A DNA stretch of 64,000 nt from an uncultured Xanthomonas sp. (GCA_964523435.1 CAZGBA010000004.1:28589-92588), one strand, 5' to 3'; shown: positions 1-11,844, numbered from the stretch's first letter. Notes: generated by a model not told the origin, from the letters alone. A program made the numbers and translations.

Positions 1-1657
<1,657 letters not shown>

Positions 1658-2500
1658 ATCGATTCCTTTTCGTTTTATGAATACAGAAAGATGGATGCAG
1701 CGCACATGGCGAGCCATGCCCCCTTTGCTGCAGCGGTCGAGTGTTCGGTCAGGGAAGGATGTTTTTGGCCTGTCCCTGGCCTTGGACCGTCTGCAACGGT
1801 CGACACGATCCGCACAGGCAAAGTAGCCCCGTGCAATGGACGCGACAAGACGTCCGGGTGAACGCTTCATGACAGCAATCGGAACGATGGATCGCAACTT
1901 TTGCGACGTCGATATGAAGGGATATCGGCAGCAGCGGTGCGCTTCGCAATGTGGCCGACATCTTCTTGCGTTGCGCTTCTTGCGGATCGATGCGATGCCG
2001 ATGAATCATGCTGCGCGTCATGTCCATGACGTACTCATGCATCGACGCGAGCGTTGTTCGCATGCGTGGCGTTTCGTCGCATTGCCAGGCATCGCACCGC
2101 ATCGCAGGAGTGATCAGGTTTGAATAATCGACGTGTCGGATCTGAATTGAATCTGCGCATGACGTTTTTGCGTGATCGCATCGAGGGCTTCCGGCTGCGA
2201 CGTTGTTCTTCGAGCATGGAAACCCGAAGGCAACCACGCTTTCCGCCTGCGTTTCCGGCACCGGTGTTCGGCCGGGTATGAAACACGGCCGGACATGAAA
2301 TGGTCGTAGTCGGTTGGACTCCGAGGAGGTGGCCCAGATCCCGATCCGATCCCGGCTGCGGTACTATCCGGGCATGCGCCGAACAGGCGTTGAGGTCAGT
2401 CCGGATCGGGGGATCCGGGTTTGGGCCGGTCCAAGGACGATCCGCCGCCCGTGGGCGGCCCGGCATTTCTGTGGGCACGACGACAATCCGGGGGACATGC

Positions 2501-4144
2501 ATGAGTCGCAGTTCGATGATGGCGCAGTTGATGCGCTTGGCGCGCTTGGCCGCGCAAGCCGAAAAAGCAGGACAAAGCGCGCAGGAGACGATCGAGCGCG
2601 ATGCCGATGCGCAGGAGGCGCTGCGCGACGCCAGCCGTCGGCGCTTCACCCAGGGTGCGGTGGCGGGCGTGGCGACGGCTGCGGCCGGCGCGATGACCCC
2701 CTCGGCCTGGGCCGGGGCGGCCAAGCTGCGGCGCATGATCGTCGGCAGCAATGTCGCAGTGGTCGGGGCCGGTCTGGCCGGCCTGAGCTGCGCCACCGAG
2801 CTGGCGCGCAAGGGCGTGACTGCGCAGGTGTTCGAGGCGGCGGGTCACGTCGGTGGTCGCTGCTCAACGCTGCGCGGGTTCTTCCCGGGCCAGGTGGCCG
2901 AGCGTGGCGGGGAGTTCATCGGCGCTTCGCACCACACCATGATCGGCTATGCCCGCGCCTTGAATCTGCCGCTCGAAGACGTGTCGATGCTGCCGGGCAA
3001 TCCTTTCTACCACTTCGACGGCCGCACCTATTCCGAGGCGCAGGTGGTCGAGGAATATCGCGCGTTCGCTGCATCGATGGGCGCGGATCTGTCCGCGCTG
3101 GGTAGTCCGATCGCCGACCGCTACACCGAGACCGACGAACTGTTCGATCTGATGACCCTGGACGACTACCTCACCCTGCAGGGCGCGGGCGGTCTGCTGC
3201 GCAAGGTGATCGGTGCGGCCTACGCCGCCGAATACGGCGCGGGCGTCGATGAATTGAGTTCGATCAGCTTCCTGCGCTTCGTGCATGGCGACAAGCGCGG
3301 TAAGTTTGCGCAGGTCGGGCAGGGGAACGGTATCGTGGGCGGCGAAGGCTTCCATGTGGTCGACGGCAACGACCGCATCGCGACCGGCCTGGCCGCGCGC
3401 CTGCCGACGCCGGTGCAACTGGGCCACAAGCTGGTCGCGGTGCGCAAACTCGCCAACGGCCGCGTGCGGCTGACGTTCGATGTCGCCGGTCGCAGCGTGC
3501 AGAGCGATCACGATGGTGTGGTGCTGACCCTGCCCTTCAGCGTGCTGCGCGACGTGAAGCTCGATGCCAGTCTGGAACTGCCGGCGTGGAAGCGATACGC
3601 CATCAACAACGCGGCGATGGGCGACAACAGCAAGCTGATGGTCGGCTTCAACCAGCCTTACTGGTACATCCAGCATGGCGCAAGCGGCACTGGTTTCGGC
3701 GATCGCTCGCATCTGCAGTCGACCTGGGAAACCAATGCCTACAACGGCAACGAAACCCGTGCGGTGCTGACCACGCAAATCGGCGGCCCCTTGGCCAAAT
3801 CGTTGGCTCCGCGCAACGTGCAGGCGGAGGCGATGGCGTTCCTCGACCAACTCGAATCGGCATTGCCCGGTGCGCATCAGGCGGCGCAGCGCACCGCCAG
3901 CGGCGACGTGCTCGCGTTTGCCCAGAACTGGTCGCGGAACCCGTACAGCAAGGGCGCCTACACGAATGCCCGTCCGGGGTATTTCACGATGATCGCCCAC
4001 AACGAGGCGAAGCAGGTCGGCAACGTGATGTTCGCCGGCGAGCACACCAGCAGCTTCTACGAGTGGCAGGGCACCATGGAAGGCGCGGCGCTGTCGGGTC
4101 TGCGCGCCGCCGCTGAAGTCTGCACGCTGTTCAGGGTGCGTTGA
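2501..4144 (+). CDS. Flavin monoamine/amino-acid oxidase family protein, possible Tat substrate
   Basis: VVGAGLAGL FAD motif, GGRC, ERGGEFI, C-terminal FAGEHT...GTMEGA; SRRRF twin-arginine-like motif. Confidence 0.85.
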   Translation: MSRSSMMAQLMRLARLAAQAEKAGQSAQETIERDADAQEALRDASRRRFTQGAVAGVATAAAGAMTPSAWAGAAKLRRMIVGSNVAVVGAGLAGLSCATELARKGVTAQVFEAAGHVGGRCSTLRGFFPGQVAERGGEFIGASHHTMIGYARALNLPLEDVSMLPGNPFYHFDGRTYSEAQVVEEYRAFAASMGADLSALGSPIADRYTETDELFDLMTLDDYLTLQGAGGLLRKVIGAAYAAEYGAGVDELSSISFLRFVHGDKRGKFAQVGQGNGIVGGEGFHVVDGNDRIATGLAARLPTPVQLGHKLVAVRKLANGRVRLTFDVAGRSVQSDHDGVVLTLPFSVLRDVKLDASLELPAWKRYAINNAAMGDNSKLMVGFNQPYWYIQHGASGTGFGDRSHLQSTWETNAYNGNETRAVLTTQIGGPLAKSLAPRNVQAEAMAFLDQLESALPGAHQAAQRTASGDVLAFAQNWSRNPYSKGAYTNARPGYFTMIAHNEAKQVGNVMFAGEHTSSFYEWQGTMEGAALSGLRAAAEVCTLFRVR

Positions 4145-4211
4145 ACGGGTGCGTTGCGCAGGTGCGCTGAGCCATTACCGGCCGCAGTTTCGAATCGATT
4201 GATGTCAGGGC

Positions 4212-4240
4212 GGGGCCGGGGAACGGCTCCGCCCGGCCCG
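4212..4240. terminator. GC hairpin between convergent genes
   Basis: gggccggg...cccggccc inverted repeat. Confidence 0.4.
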
Positions 4241-4248
4241 ACGCTTGG

Positions 4249-4419
4249 TCAATCCGTCCGGGAAGCGTCGCCGCCTTCATCCGTCGAGGCTTCGCCCGAA
4301 CCGGACGCCAGTTTGGCCGCCTCGCGCGCTTCGCGCTTGCGCGCGTCTTTCTCGTCCTTTTCCTTCTTCTTCGCGATCTCGCGCTGACGTTTTTCGAACG
4401 AATAATTGGGCTTGGCCAA
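4249..4419 (-). CDS. Small basic conserved hypothetical protein (56 aa)
   Basis: TTG start, MAKPNYSFEKRQREIAKKKEK..., resembles a widespread proteobacterial small protein. Confidence 0.7.
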   Translation of the reverse strand: MAKPNYSFEKRQREIAKKKEKDEKDARKREAREAAKLASGSGEASTDEGGDASRTD

Positions 4420-4625
4420 GTGGAAATGCCTCGATAGCGGGAAACCCAGTGTAATCGCGCGGGTGTGGGGCGACAAACAGCGGCGCCGACCGGCCGGGCC
4501 GCCCCGCCGAGATCCCGGACACGGTCTTGGATGGCCGGCTTCTGCTCCCGGTCATCGTGTGTGACCATGACGGCATCACGTGCCGGCCGAAATCGCCGGC
4601 GATCAAGGATTCCGCAGGGGGCGGG

Positions 4626-5402
4626 GTGCACGGACTCAAGAATGTCGGCCATCGTTACGACGATGCGCTCAGCCGCATCGGCTGGGCGGAATTGGAGCGC
4701 CTGCTCGCGACGTATTACCGCGAGGTCGGGTGGTGGGTCGAGCATACGGGTACCGGCGGCACCGGTGCGCAGTTCGACGGTGGCGTGGATCTGCGCATCC
4801 GCCGCGATGCGCAGGTGGTGCTGGTGCAGTGCAAACACTGGAACGCGAAGCAGGTGCCGCACAATGCGGTGCATGAGCTGTTGGGCCTGATGGCCAACGA
4901 AGGCGCGACCGGCGCGATTCTGGTCAGCAGCGGCGAATTCACCCGCGCGGCGATCGAGGCCGCGCAGAAGCACGGCCACGTGAAGCTGATCGATGGCGAG
5001 ACCCTGCGCGGAATGCTCGGGCCGCTGGAGGAGCCCGAGCCGCCACCGGACGCAACGCCCGTGCCCGCGAAACCCCCGGGATCCGTGCGCCCGCGCACGA
5101 GCTGGGTGCTCTGGCTGGTGGCATTGGCGGCCGCCATCGGTTTTGTACTCATCGTCCGGACGATGCTTCATCGCACTGCGGATACTGCAATCGAACCGTC
5201 GGCGGAGACCGGCCGTGCACTCATGGCGCAGACGGCGGATGCCCTCTACGAGCCGCAGCCGGCGCCTGTTGCGTCTGCTGTCGATGAGCATGCCGTTGCG
5301 ACCCCGCCGCCCAAGCCGCCTACAGAAGCCGAGATCCGTGAATCGCAGCGCAAGGCGGATGACGCGATGCGGTTGATCGAGGGCGATACGCCGGAGCTTT
5401 GA
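4626..5402 (+). CDS. Mrr-type (PD-(D/E)XK) restriction endonuclease domain protein with TM helix and C-terminal tail
   Basis: DGGVDL...VLVQCKHW...SSGEFT..A...LIDG Mrr_cat motifs; Pro-rich linker; hydrophobic WVLWLVALAAAIGFVLIV. Confidence 0.85.
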   Translation: MHGLKNVGHRYDDALSRIGWAELERLLATYYREVGWWVEHTGTGGTGAQFDGGVDLRIRRDAQVVLVQCKHWNAKQVPHNAVHELLGLMANEGATGAILVSSGEFTRAAIEAAQKHGHVKLIDGETLRGMLGPLEEPEPPPDATPVPAKPPGSVRPRTSWVLWLVALAAAIGFVLIVRTMLHRTADTAIEPSAETGRALMAQTADALYEPQPAPVASAVDEHAVATPPPKPPTEAEIRESQRKADDAMRLIEGDTPEL

Positions 5403-5488
5403 CGACGCGCATCCGGCTGCCGGATGCGCGTCGCCATGTCTGCCGTAGAATCGACAGATGCCGCAGGGGGCGGCAAGGAGTGCCGGAG

Positions 5489-6160
5489 ATGAATCGGATG
5501 CTGATCGTGGCTCTGCTTGCGTGCGGTTCGCTGCTTGCCTGCGCACGCAGTACCGAGCCAACCGAACGCAAGCCGCAGCGGGCCGGACAACCCTTGGATC
5601 CGGTTGAATTGGCCGCGCGCATCGCCGCCAGCCGTGCTGCTGCTGCGGTGGGCGATCAGCAGGCACTCGAAGCCAATCTGCAAGCGATCGCCGAGGACTA
5701 TCGCAAGTCGATCAAACTGGCCGATCCAGCCCGCAGCGTCGACCGTGAGTCGGCGCGGCAGGCGGCGCGCCGGATCGACGGCGTCCGCTCGGTGGCGTGG
5801 ATCGACCGCGAGAATCTGTTCGTCATCGTCTCCAGCAACGCAGCGCGGTCGTACGCGACCATCGACGCGATCTGCCTGGAACTCGAATCGTTGGGCGATA
5901 CGCTTGGCGTGGTCGTCAATCTGCAGAGCGGCGCAGCCACCAACGGCGACGATCTGGAAATCCTGAGTCGCAATTGCCAGCTCGCGCCGGGCGACCGCGC
6001 CTTTCTGCAGGCCGAACGGCAGATCGACGTGATTCCCGCCGGGATCCGCGCGCAGCATCGTGCGAACAATCCGGATGTGAGCGCAAAAGCCTTGGCCGAC
6101 TGGAAACGCAGCAATGCCGAGGCGATGCGGGCCATCGAGGACGATACGCCGGAGATGTGA
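5489..6160 (+). CDS. Hypothetical lipoprotein
   Basis: Signal peptide with lipobox LLAC; purine-rich RBS; ends AMRAIEDDTPEM. Confidence 0.75.
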   Translation: MNRMLIVALLACGSLLACARSTEPTERKPQRAGQPLDPVELAARIAASRAAAAVGDQQALEANLQAIAEDYRKSIKLADPARSVDRESARQAARRIDGVRSVAWIDRENLFVIVSSNAARSYATIDAICLELESLGDTLGVVVNLQSGAATNGDDLEILSRNCQLAPGDRAFLQAERQIDVIPAGIRAQHRANNPDVSAKALADWKRSNAEAMRAIEDDTPEM

Positions 6161-6227
6161 CCGTACGCGAGCGCCATTTCACGAAGTCGGCGACAATGCC
6201 CCCTCATTCCCACGACGTTGCGATGCG

Positions 6228-7085
6228 ATGAGAACCCCCAAGGGACTGCAACCTTTGATCGACGACGGTGTGATCGACGAAGTCCTGCGTCCGCTGAAAA
6301 GCGGCAAGGAAGCGTCGGTCTACGTGGTGCGGGTGGGCGATGAAATCCGCTGTGCTAAGGTCTACAAGGACATGGCGCAGCGCAGTTTCCAGGCGCGGGT
6401 GCAGTATCAGGAAGGTCGCAAAGTGCGCGGCAGCCGCCAGGCGCGGGCGATCGGCAAGGCCACGAAGTTCGGGCGCAAAGAGCAGGAAGAAGCCTGGAAG
6501 CATGCCGAAGTCGATGCCCTGTTCGCGCTGGCCGAGGCCGGCGTGCACGTGCCGCGCGCCTACGGCTACTTTCACGGCGTGCTGATCATGGATCTGGTCA
6601 CCGATGCCGAGGGCCACAGCGCGCCGCGCCTCGGCGAGGTGGAACTCACCGAAGACGAGGCCCGCGTTTACCACGCGCGGCTGATCGGCGACGTGGTGCG
6701 CATGTTGTGCGTCGGCCTGATCCACGGCGATCTGTCGGAGTACAACGTCCTGGCGACGCCTGACGGCCCGGTGGTGATCGATTTTCCGCAGGTGGTCAGC
6801 GCCGCCGGCAACAACGAAGCGCGCAGGATGCTGCTGCGCGACGTGCACAATCTGCGCGACACGCTCAGCCGCTTCGCGCCGGAACTGGCGCAGACCCACT
6901 ACGGCGAAGAGATGTGGGCCCTTTACGAAAAGGGCGATCTGCGCCCGGACACCGCGTTGACCGGGCGTTTCAAGTTCGACACCCGCCGCGCCGATGTGCG
7001 TGCGGTGCAGCTGTCGATCGAGGATGCGCGACAGGAGGCGATCATTCGCCAGCAGGGCCGGGAAGAAGCCGCCGAGCGCGACTGA
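6228..7085 (+). CDS. RIO1-family atypical protein kinase
   Basis: KSGKEASVY, CAKVYK, IHGDLSEYNVL, IDFPQ motifs. Confidence 0.9.
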   Translation: MRTPKGLQPLIDDGVIDEVLRPLKSGKEASVYVVRVGDEIRCAKVYKDMAQRSFQARVQYQEGRKVRGSRQARAIGKATKFGRKEQEEAWKHAEVDALFALAEAGVHVPRAYGYFHGVLIMDLVTDAEGHSAPRLGEVELTEDEARVYHARLIGDVVRMLCVGLIHGDLSEYNVLATPDGPVVIDFPQVVSAAGNNEARRMLLRDVHNLRDTLSRFAPELAQTHYGEEMWALYEKGDLRPDTALTGRFKFDTRRADVRAVQLSIEDARQEAIIRQQGREEAAERD

Positions 7086-7091
7086 TCGCGA

Positions 7092-8219
7092 CTACTTCGC
7101 CTTCTTCATGCAGCGCTGATAGCGCTGGTTCACCCGCGTCGCGAACCATTCGGTGGTGAGTTTGCGGGTGATTTTCGGGCTGTGCAGGCGAATCCGCGGC
7201 AGTGTGGCGCGCGGCAGCGGTTTGCCGTTGCGCTTGTCGGCGAATTCGAACATCCGCACGTACAGGTCGCTGTTTTCAAAGCTGTGCCGATGCGCGCCGG
7301 ACAGCGCGCGATGCATTTCGTCGGGCGTCATCCCGAGTTTTCTGGCCAGCGTCAGCACCGCGGTTTCCGTGGCCCCGATCCTGTCGCCGTTGCTGGCCTT
7401 GCGGTAGCGGATCAGATCGCCGTCGAGGTCCAGCGGAATGCCGGTGGCGACCGACACCGCGTTCTGGAACGCGGCGTTGCGGCTGGCGTAGCGGCCGGCG
7501 TTGAAATCGGCGAAGCGGAACAGCGGTTTCTCATACGACGCGGGATAGCCGAGCAGATGGGCGATGCCGAAATACATCCCGCCGCGGCGGGTGAACACTT
7601 CGTGGCGGATCGAACCATCGACGGCGTAGGGGTAGGGGCGTTCTTTGGCATGCGCTTCGGCGAACGCGATGCTGACCTGCATCGGCCCGCCGGTATGCAC
7701 CGGGTTGGCGCGGGCGAGCAGACGATTGCCCATCGGCACGCGCGCGATCATTTCCTCGAAGAGATCGCTGAGTTCCTTTTCGGTGCGCATCGCGGCGATG
7801 CGTGTGTCCCAGGTATCGCCGTTGGGCGATTTCATCCGCAGCGCGGCGCGCACCGCGAACGCGGGAATCCTGTAACGACCGGCGCGCTTTTCGATCTCGC
7901 TGCGCGCGATCCTGCCCAGACCGGGGACGGCAGGATTGGCGCTGAAGGTCGACTCCTGTTCGGTGATCGCCAGCGCCGAGCACAGGTTTTGCGGCGATGG
8001 CTCGATCTCCAGCGCCGCGAACGCGGCCTGGATGTCTTCCGCCCAGCCGGTGCGATCCTGGACCGACGCCGGCATCAGCCGTTTGAGCTGCGCGCGCACC
8101 TGTTCGGGCGTGGGCGGCGCTGGGCCGGTGTCGCAGCCTGCGAGCGGCGCGATCAGCAGCGCCAGGCAAACGAAAGTGAACGCGATTCGCCACGCGCGGG
8201 GCCGGACGGGTTCGGTCAT
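7092..8219 (-). CDS. DUF1615 (YaiW-like) lipoprotein
   Basis: Lipobox LAGC; TGGPMQVSIAFAE, FADFNAG.YASRNAAFQ, SPKITRKLTTEWFA. Confidence 0.85.
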   Translation of the reverse strand: MTEPVRPRAWRIAFTFVCLALLIAPLAGCDTGPAPPTPEQVRAQLKRLMPASVQDRTGWAEDIQAAFAALEIEPSPQNLCSALAITEQESTFSANPAVPGLGRIARSEIEKRAGRYRIPAFAVRAALRMKSPNGDTWDTRIAAMRTEKELSDLFEEMIARVPMGNRLLARANPVHTGGPMQVSIAFAEAHAKERPYPYAVDGSIRHEVFTRRGGMYFGIAHLLGYPASYEKPLFRFADFNAGRYASRNAAFQNAVSVATGIPLDLDGDLIRYRKASNGDRIGATETAVLTLARKLGMTPDEMHRALSGAHRHSFENSDLYVRMFEFADKRNGKPLPRATLPRIRLHSPKITRKLTTEWFATRVNQRYQRCMKKAK

Positions 8220-8323
8220 GCGCGCGACTGTAACCCGACCCCGGGCCGGAACGCTGCAGCGCTGCTGAGCAACGCTGTCACCGCCGTCTCATCGGGATTG
8301 CCGTGGGTTGCCGCGCGAGAGAA

Positions 8324-8348
8324 GCGCCGACGCGGTTCGCGTCGGCGC
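8324..8348. terminator. Hairpin downstream of 8368-9159 gene
   Basis: gcgccgacgcg-gtt-cgcgtcggcgc perfect inverted repeat. Confidence 0.55.
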
Positions 8349-8367
8349 GGGTGGTTCGGCGTGCCGC

Positions 8368-9159
8368 TCAGAAGCCCAGATCGATCCTGTCCGACACCGA
8401 GATGTAACCGACGCAGTTGCCGGTGCCGGTGACCGAAGCGGAGGCGCGCAGGTCGTGGAAGAATGCGGGGCCGCTGTAGACGTATCCGGTGGATACGCCG
8501 GCCGAAAAGATGCCCGGGAGACTGCGCGTCACGAGTTGACCGGTCTGTACATTCTGGGCGTAGGCATTGACCCAGAGCGAAGTGGACATCGGAACGCCTA
8601 TCGGAATGCTGACCCCGCCGGATGCGCTGGCGGACGCGCGCGCATAGTAGGGGTTGAGCTGACCGTCGCCGCGATCGAGATAGAGAGCGGTGGTCGCGGA
8701 CACTACGCCATAGCCGGTGTAATAGATCCGGGAACTGCCGCCCAGCGGCCAGTACGAGCACAGAAGGGTGCTGTAGCCGCTCTTGGCGGCGGTATTGCGG
8801 TCTCTGGCGGCTTGTGCGCGGTATTTCGCGTAGCGCGCCTGCACGCCTTCGAGTTTGCGGATCTGTTGGCGGGCCGCGAGCCTGGCGTGGCGCGGGCTCG
8901 CGCTGTCGGCGGCGATGGCGCGCTGCTCGTCGAGGTCGTAGGCGAGACCGGCTTCGCCGATGGCGATGACTTTGCCCGCGAGTTCGCCGCCGGTGACCTG
9001 GTACACGCCCGGGCCGACCCGTTCGATGCGGTCGCCGTAGTCGCGATTGAACTGCGCTTCGCTTTCGATCCTGAAGCTGTCGGATGCGGGAGCGCCCGCT
9101 GCGGTCGCATGGCCGGCGAATGCGAGGGTTGCGAGGGATCCTGCCAATAGAATCTTCAT
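8368..9159 (-). CDS. Secreted hypothetical protein
   Basis: Signal peptide MKILLAGSLATLAFAGHATA; GGAG RBS; coding-like codon usage. Confidence 0.75.
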   Translation of the reverse strand: MKILLAGSLATLAFAGHATAAGAPASDSFRIESEAQFNRDYGDRIERVGPGVYQVTGGELAGKVIAIGEAGLAYDLDEQRAIAADSASPRHARLAARQQIRKLEGVQARYAKYRAQAARDRNTAAKSGYSTLLCSYWPLGGSSRIYYTGYGVVSATTALYLDRGDGQLNPYYARASASASGGVSIPIGVPMSTSLWVNAYAQNVQTGQLVTRSLPGIFSAGVSTGYVYSGPAFFHDLRASASVTGTGNCVGYISVSDRIDLGF

Positions 9160-9327
9160 CGTGGTCGTTGCTCCTGTGGGTGTCTGTCGATGCGGTCAAC
9201 AAGATCGATGCGTGGCGATCGATCGAAGGTTGTCCGCGCGGTGGAAACAAAGCCGCGCCGCGCGGGAATCCGCCATGTAGCGGGGTTTCGTTTGAAGTAG
9301 CGGAATCTGGAGACAGACAGGATCAGT

Positions 9328-9367
9328 TGGACAGGAGCAACTGGACAGGAGCGGGTTGGACAGGAGC
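9328..9367 (+). repeat. Three copies of TGGACAGGAGC at 14-15 bp period
   Basis: Copies at 9328, 9342, 9357 in a divergent intergenic region. Confidence 0.7.
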
Positions 9368-9509
9368 AGGAGGGCGCAGGCCATCCGCCGGCCCATTCGC
9401 CAAAGCGGGCCATGACAAACGTCGCTGCAGCGTCGAGAATCGACAGCAATGCTTGTCTGCCCACGCATCGTTTCCCGACGTGGGTGTACGGCGAACCGGA
9501 GGCTCCGTC

Positions 9510-11237
9510 ATGCGTACAGGCTCGATCTTCCGCCTCGTTCTGCCGTGGTTGGTCATCACGACGATGCTGTCGGCCTGCACGCCGTCTGCGGATCGAGTGT
9601 CGTTGCAAGCCTCCGCAGCGACACGCGCCGAAGCGCGCACCCACGCGGCCGGAGACAAGCCGCGGATCACCGGCGGTCCGCAGCCGGCGGCCTTGGCCGG
9701 GCCGCAGTCCTATCCGGTCACCGGGCTGTCGCCGCTCACGCCGGGCTGCGATGGCGCACTGGTCGGCGGAACCGTCTACATCGGCGCCGAAGTGGAGCCG
9801 CATCTCGCCGCGCATCCCACGAATCCGGACATCCTCGTCGGCGCCTGGCAGCAGGATCGCTGGTCGAACGGCTCGGCGCGCGCGCTGGTCGCAGCGACGT
9901 CGTTGGACGGCGGTCGCAACTGGACGCGTCGCGCGCTGCCGTTCTCGCGCTGCGGTGGCGGCACGGTGATGAACGGCGGCGACTACCAGCGCGCGTCCGA
10001 TCCGTGGGTGTCGTATTCGCCGAACGGCGTGGTTCACGCGATGTCGCTGTCGACCAATGGCGACATCAATACGATGCTCGCCAGTCGTTCCTTCGATCAC
10101 GGCCGTACCTGGACCAATGCCGCGACGCTGATCCTCGACGGCGCCGCCGCGTTCAATGACAAGAATGCGATCACCGCCGATCCCTTCGACGCCAATTATG
10201 TCTACGCGGTGTGGGATCGACTGATCGAGGCCAACAACACCGGCCCCGTCTATCTCGCGCGAAGTACCAACAACGGCGCCAGCTGGGAACCGGCACGGTC
10301 GATCTTCGATCCCGGCACGCGCAACCAGACCATCGGCAACATCGTGGTGGTGCTGCCGGGTGGTCTGCTGCTCGACGTGTTCGCGCAGATCGACAGTCCG
10401 CTCGGCGGCCTGCAGCGCGCGCGGGTCGCGGTGATCCGTTCGTTCGATCGCGGCAGCACCTGGTCCGCGCCGGTGTATATCGCCGACATGTTGGGTGTCG
10501 GCGTGACCGATCCCTCCACGGGCACGGCGGTGCGTGACGGCGCGATCGTGCCGGAAATCGCGGTCGGGCCGAATGGCGAAGTCTATGTCGCGTGGCAGGA
10601 CTCGCGTTTCAGTGGCGGCGATCACGACGGCATCGCGGTCTCGCGCTCAAGCGACGGTGGATTGACGTGGTCGACACCGGTGCGCGTCAACGGCGCGCCG
10701 GGCACGCCGGCATTCACGCCGAGCATTCACGTCCTGCCCGACGGCACCGTCGGCGTGACCTACTACGATCTGCGCAGCGATACCGCGACGGCGCCGCTGT
10801 TCACCGACAGCTGGCTGGCGCGCTCCCGCGATGGTGGTGCGACGTGGAGCGATCTGCGCATCGCCGAGCCGTTCGACATGAACTTCGCGCCGTTCGCGCG
10901 CGGTCTGTTCGTCGGCGATTACCAGGGGTTGATGAGCGTTGGCGGCCAGTTCCTGCCGTTCCATGTGCGTGCCGACAGCGTCGCCGACGACAACCGTACC
11001 GATGTGTTCGCGATTTCGCTGGCGAACGTGCCGCGCGACAGCGGCAAGCGGATGTCGACTGCGGCGATGCAGCGCGAGATGCGCGCGCGCCAGGCGCCTG
11101 CGGATTTCAGGCCGGGTATCGTGCTGCGTCAGCGCGTCGACGCGAACCTGCGCAAACGTCTGCGCAGGCCGCCGGAGCCGGGCGCGCCGTCGCGGATGAT
11201 GCCGCATTACGCGACGCTGGCGCTGCTGCAGCGCTGA
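9510..11237 (+). CDS. BNR/Asp-box beta-propeller (sialidase-like) lipoprotein
   Basis: Six S.D/N.G..W Asp boxes (TSLDGGRNW, RSFDHGRTW, RSTNNGASW, RSFDRGSTW, RSSDGGLTW, RSRDGGATW); lipobox LSAC. Confidence 0.8.
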   Translation: MRTGSIFRLVLPWLVITTMLSACTPSADRVSLQASAATRAEARTHAAGDKPRITGGPQPAALAGPQSYPVTGLSPLTPGCDGALVGGTVYIGAEVEPHLAAHPTNPDILVGAWQQDRWSNGSARALVAATSLDGGRNWTRRALPFSRCGGGTVMNGGDYQRASDPWVSYSPNGVVHAMSLSTNGDINTMLASRSFDHGRTWTNAATLILDGAAAFNDKNAITADPFDANYVYAVWDRLIEANNTGPVYLARSTNNGASWEPARSIFDPGTRNQTIGNIVVVLPGGLLLDVFAQIDSPLGGLQRARVAVIRSFDRGSTWSAPVYIADMLGVGVTDPSTGTAVRDGAIVPEIAVGPNGEVYVAWQDSRFSGGDHDGIAVSRSSDGGLTWSTPVRVNGAPGTPAFTPSIHVLPDGTVGVTYYDLRSDTATAPLFTDSWLARSRDGGATWSDLRIAEPFDMNFAPFARGLFVGDYQGLMSVGGQFLPFHVRADSVADDNRTDVFAISLANVPRDSGKRMSTAAMQREMRARQAPADFRPGIVLRQRVDANLRKRLRRPPEPGAPSRMMPHYATLALLQR

Positions 11238-11285
11238 ACCTGCGGAGCGCCTACAATCCCTGACCCTTTCCCGTCAGGCACCGGC

Positions 11286-11831
11286 ATGTCGCCAAAATCC
11301 ACCGTGGTCAAGGTCGAGCTGCAGGTCAGCGACATGGACCGGCATTACTACGCCCAGCACAACCTGACCCTGGCCCAGCATCCGTCAGAAACCGACGTGC
11401 GGCTGATGGTGCGGCTGCTGGCGTTCGCGCTGTACGCCGACGAGCGTCTGGAATTCGGCCGTGGCCTGAGCGACGACAGCGAACCGGATCTGTGGCAGCG
11501 CGATTACGTCGGCGACATCCAGCGCTGGATCGAACTCGGCCAGCCCGACGAAAGCCGCATCCGCAAAGCCTGCGCGCGCGCGGAGCAGGTGGTGGTGGTG
11601 AACTACGGCGGCCAGGCTTCCGAGGTGTGGTGGAACAAGATCTCCGCCGGTTTGTCTCGCTTCGACAATCTCACCGTGATCGATCTGGATCCGAAAGCGA
11701 TCGATGAGATTGTCGGTCATCTTCAGCGCGGCATGCGCCTGACCGCGATGATCCAGGACACCGAAGTGCAGCTGATGAGCGACAGCCTCAACGTGGCGCT
11801 GACGCCACGGGTGCGGATGGCCTCGACTTGA
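11286..11831 (+). CDS. yaeQ: YaeQ family protein
   Basis: SDMDRHYY, AQHPSET..R.MVRLLAF, EPDLW, WIELGQPDE. Confidence 0.9.
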   Translation: MSPKSTVVKVELQVSDMDRHYYAQHNLTLAQHPSETDVRLMVRLLAFALYADERLEFGRGLSDDSEPDLWQRDYVGDIQRWIELGQPDESRIRKACARAEQVVVVNYGGQASEVWWNKISAGLSRFDNLTVIDLDPKAIDEIVGHLQRGMRLTAMIQDTEVQLMSDSLNVALTPRVRMAST

Positions 11832-11844
11832 GTCGCCGGGAAGC

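Noticed and set aside
4626-5402. Classical restriction-modification system
   Set aside because: No DNA methyltransferase or specificity gene nearby; the two methyltransferases in the window look like small-molecule or sugar enzymes.
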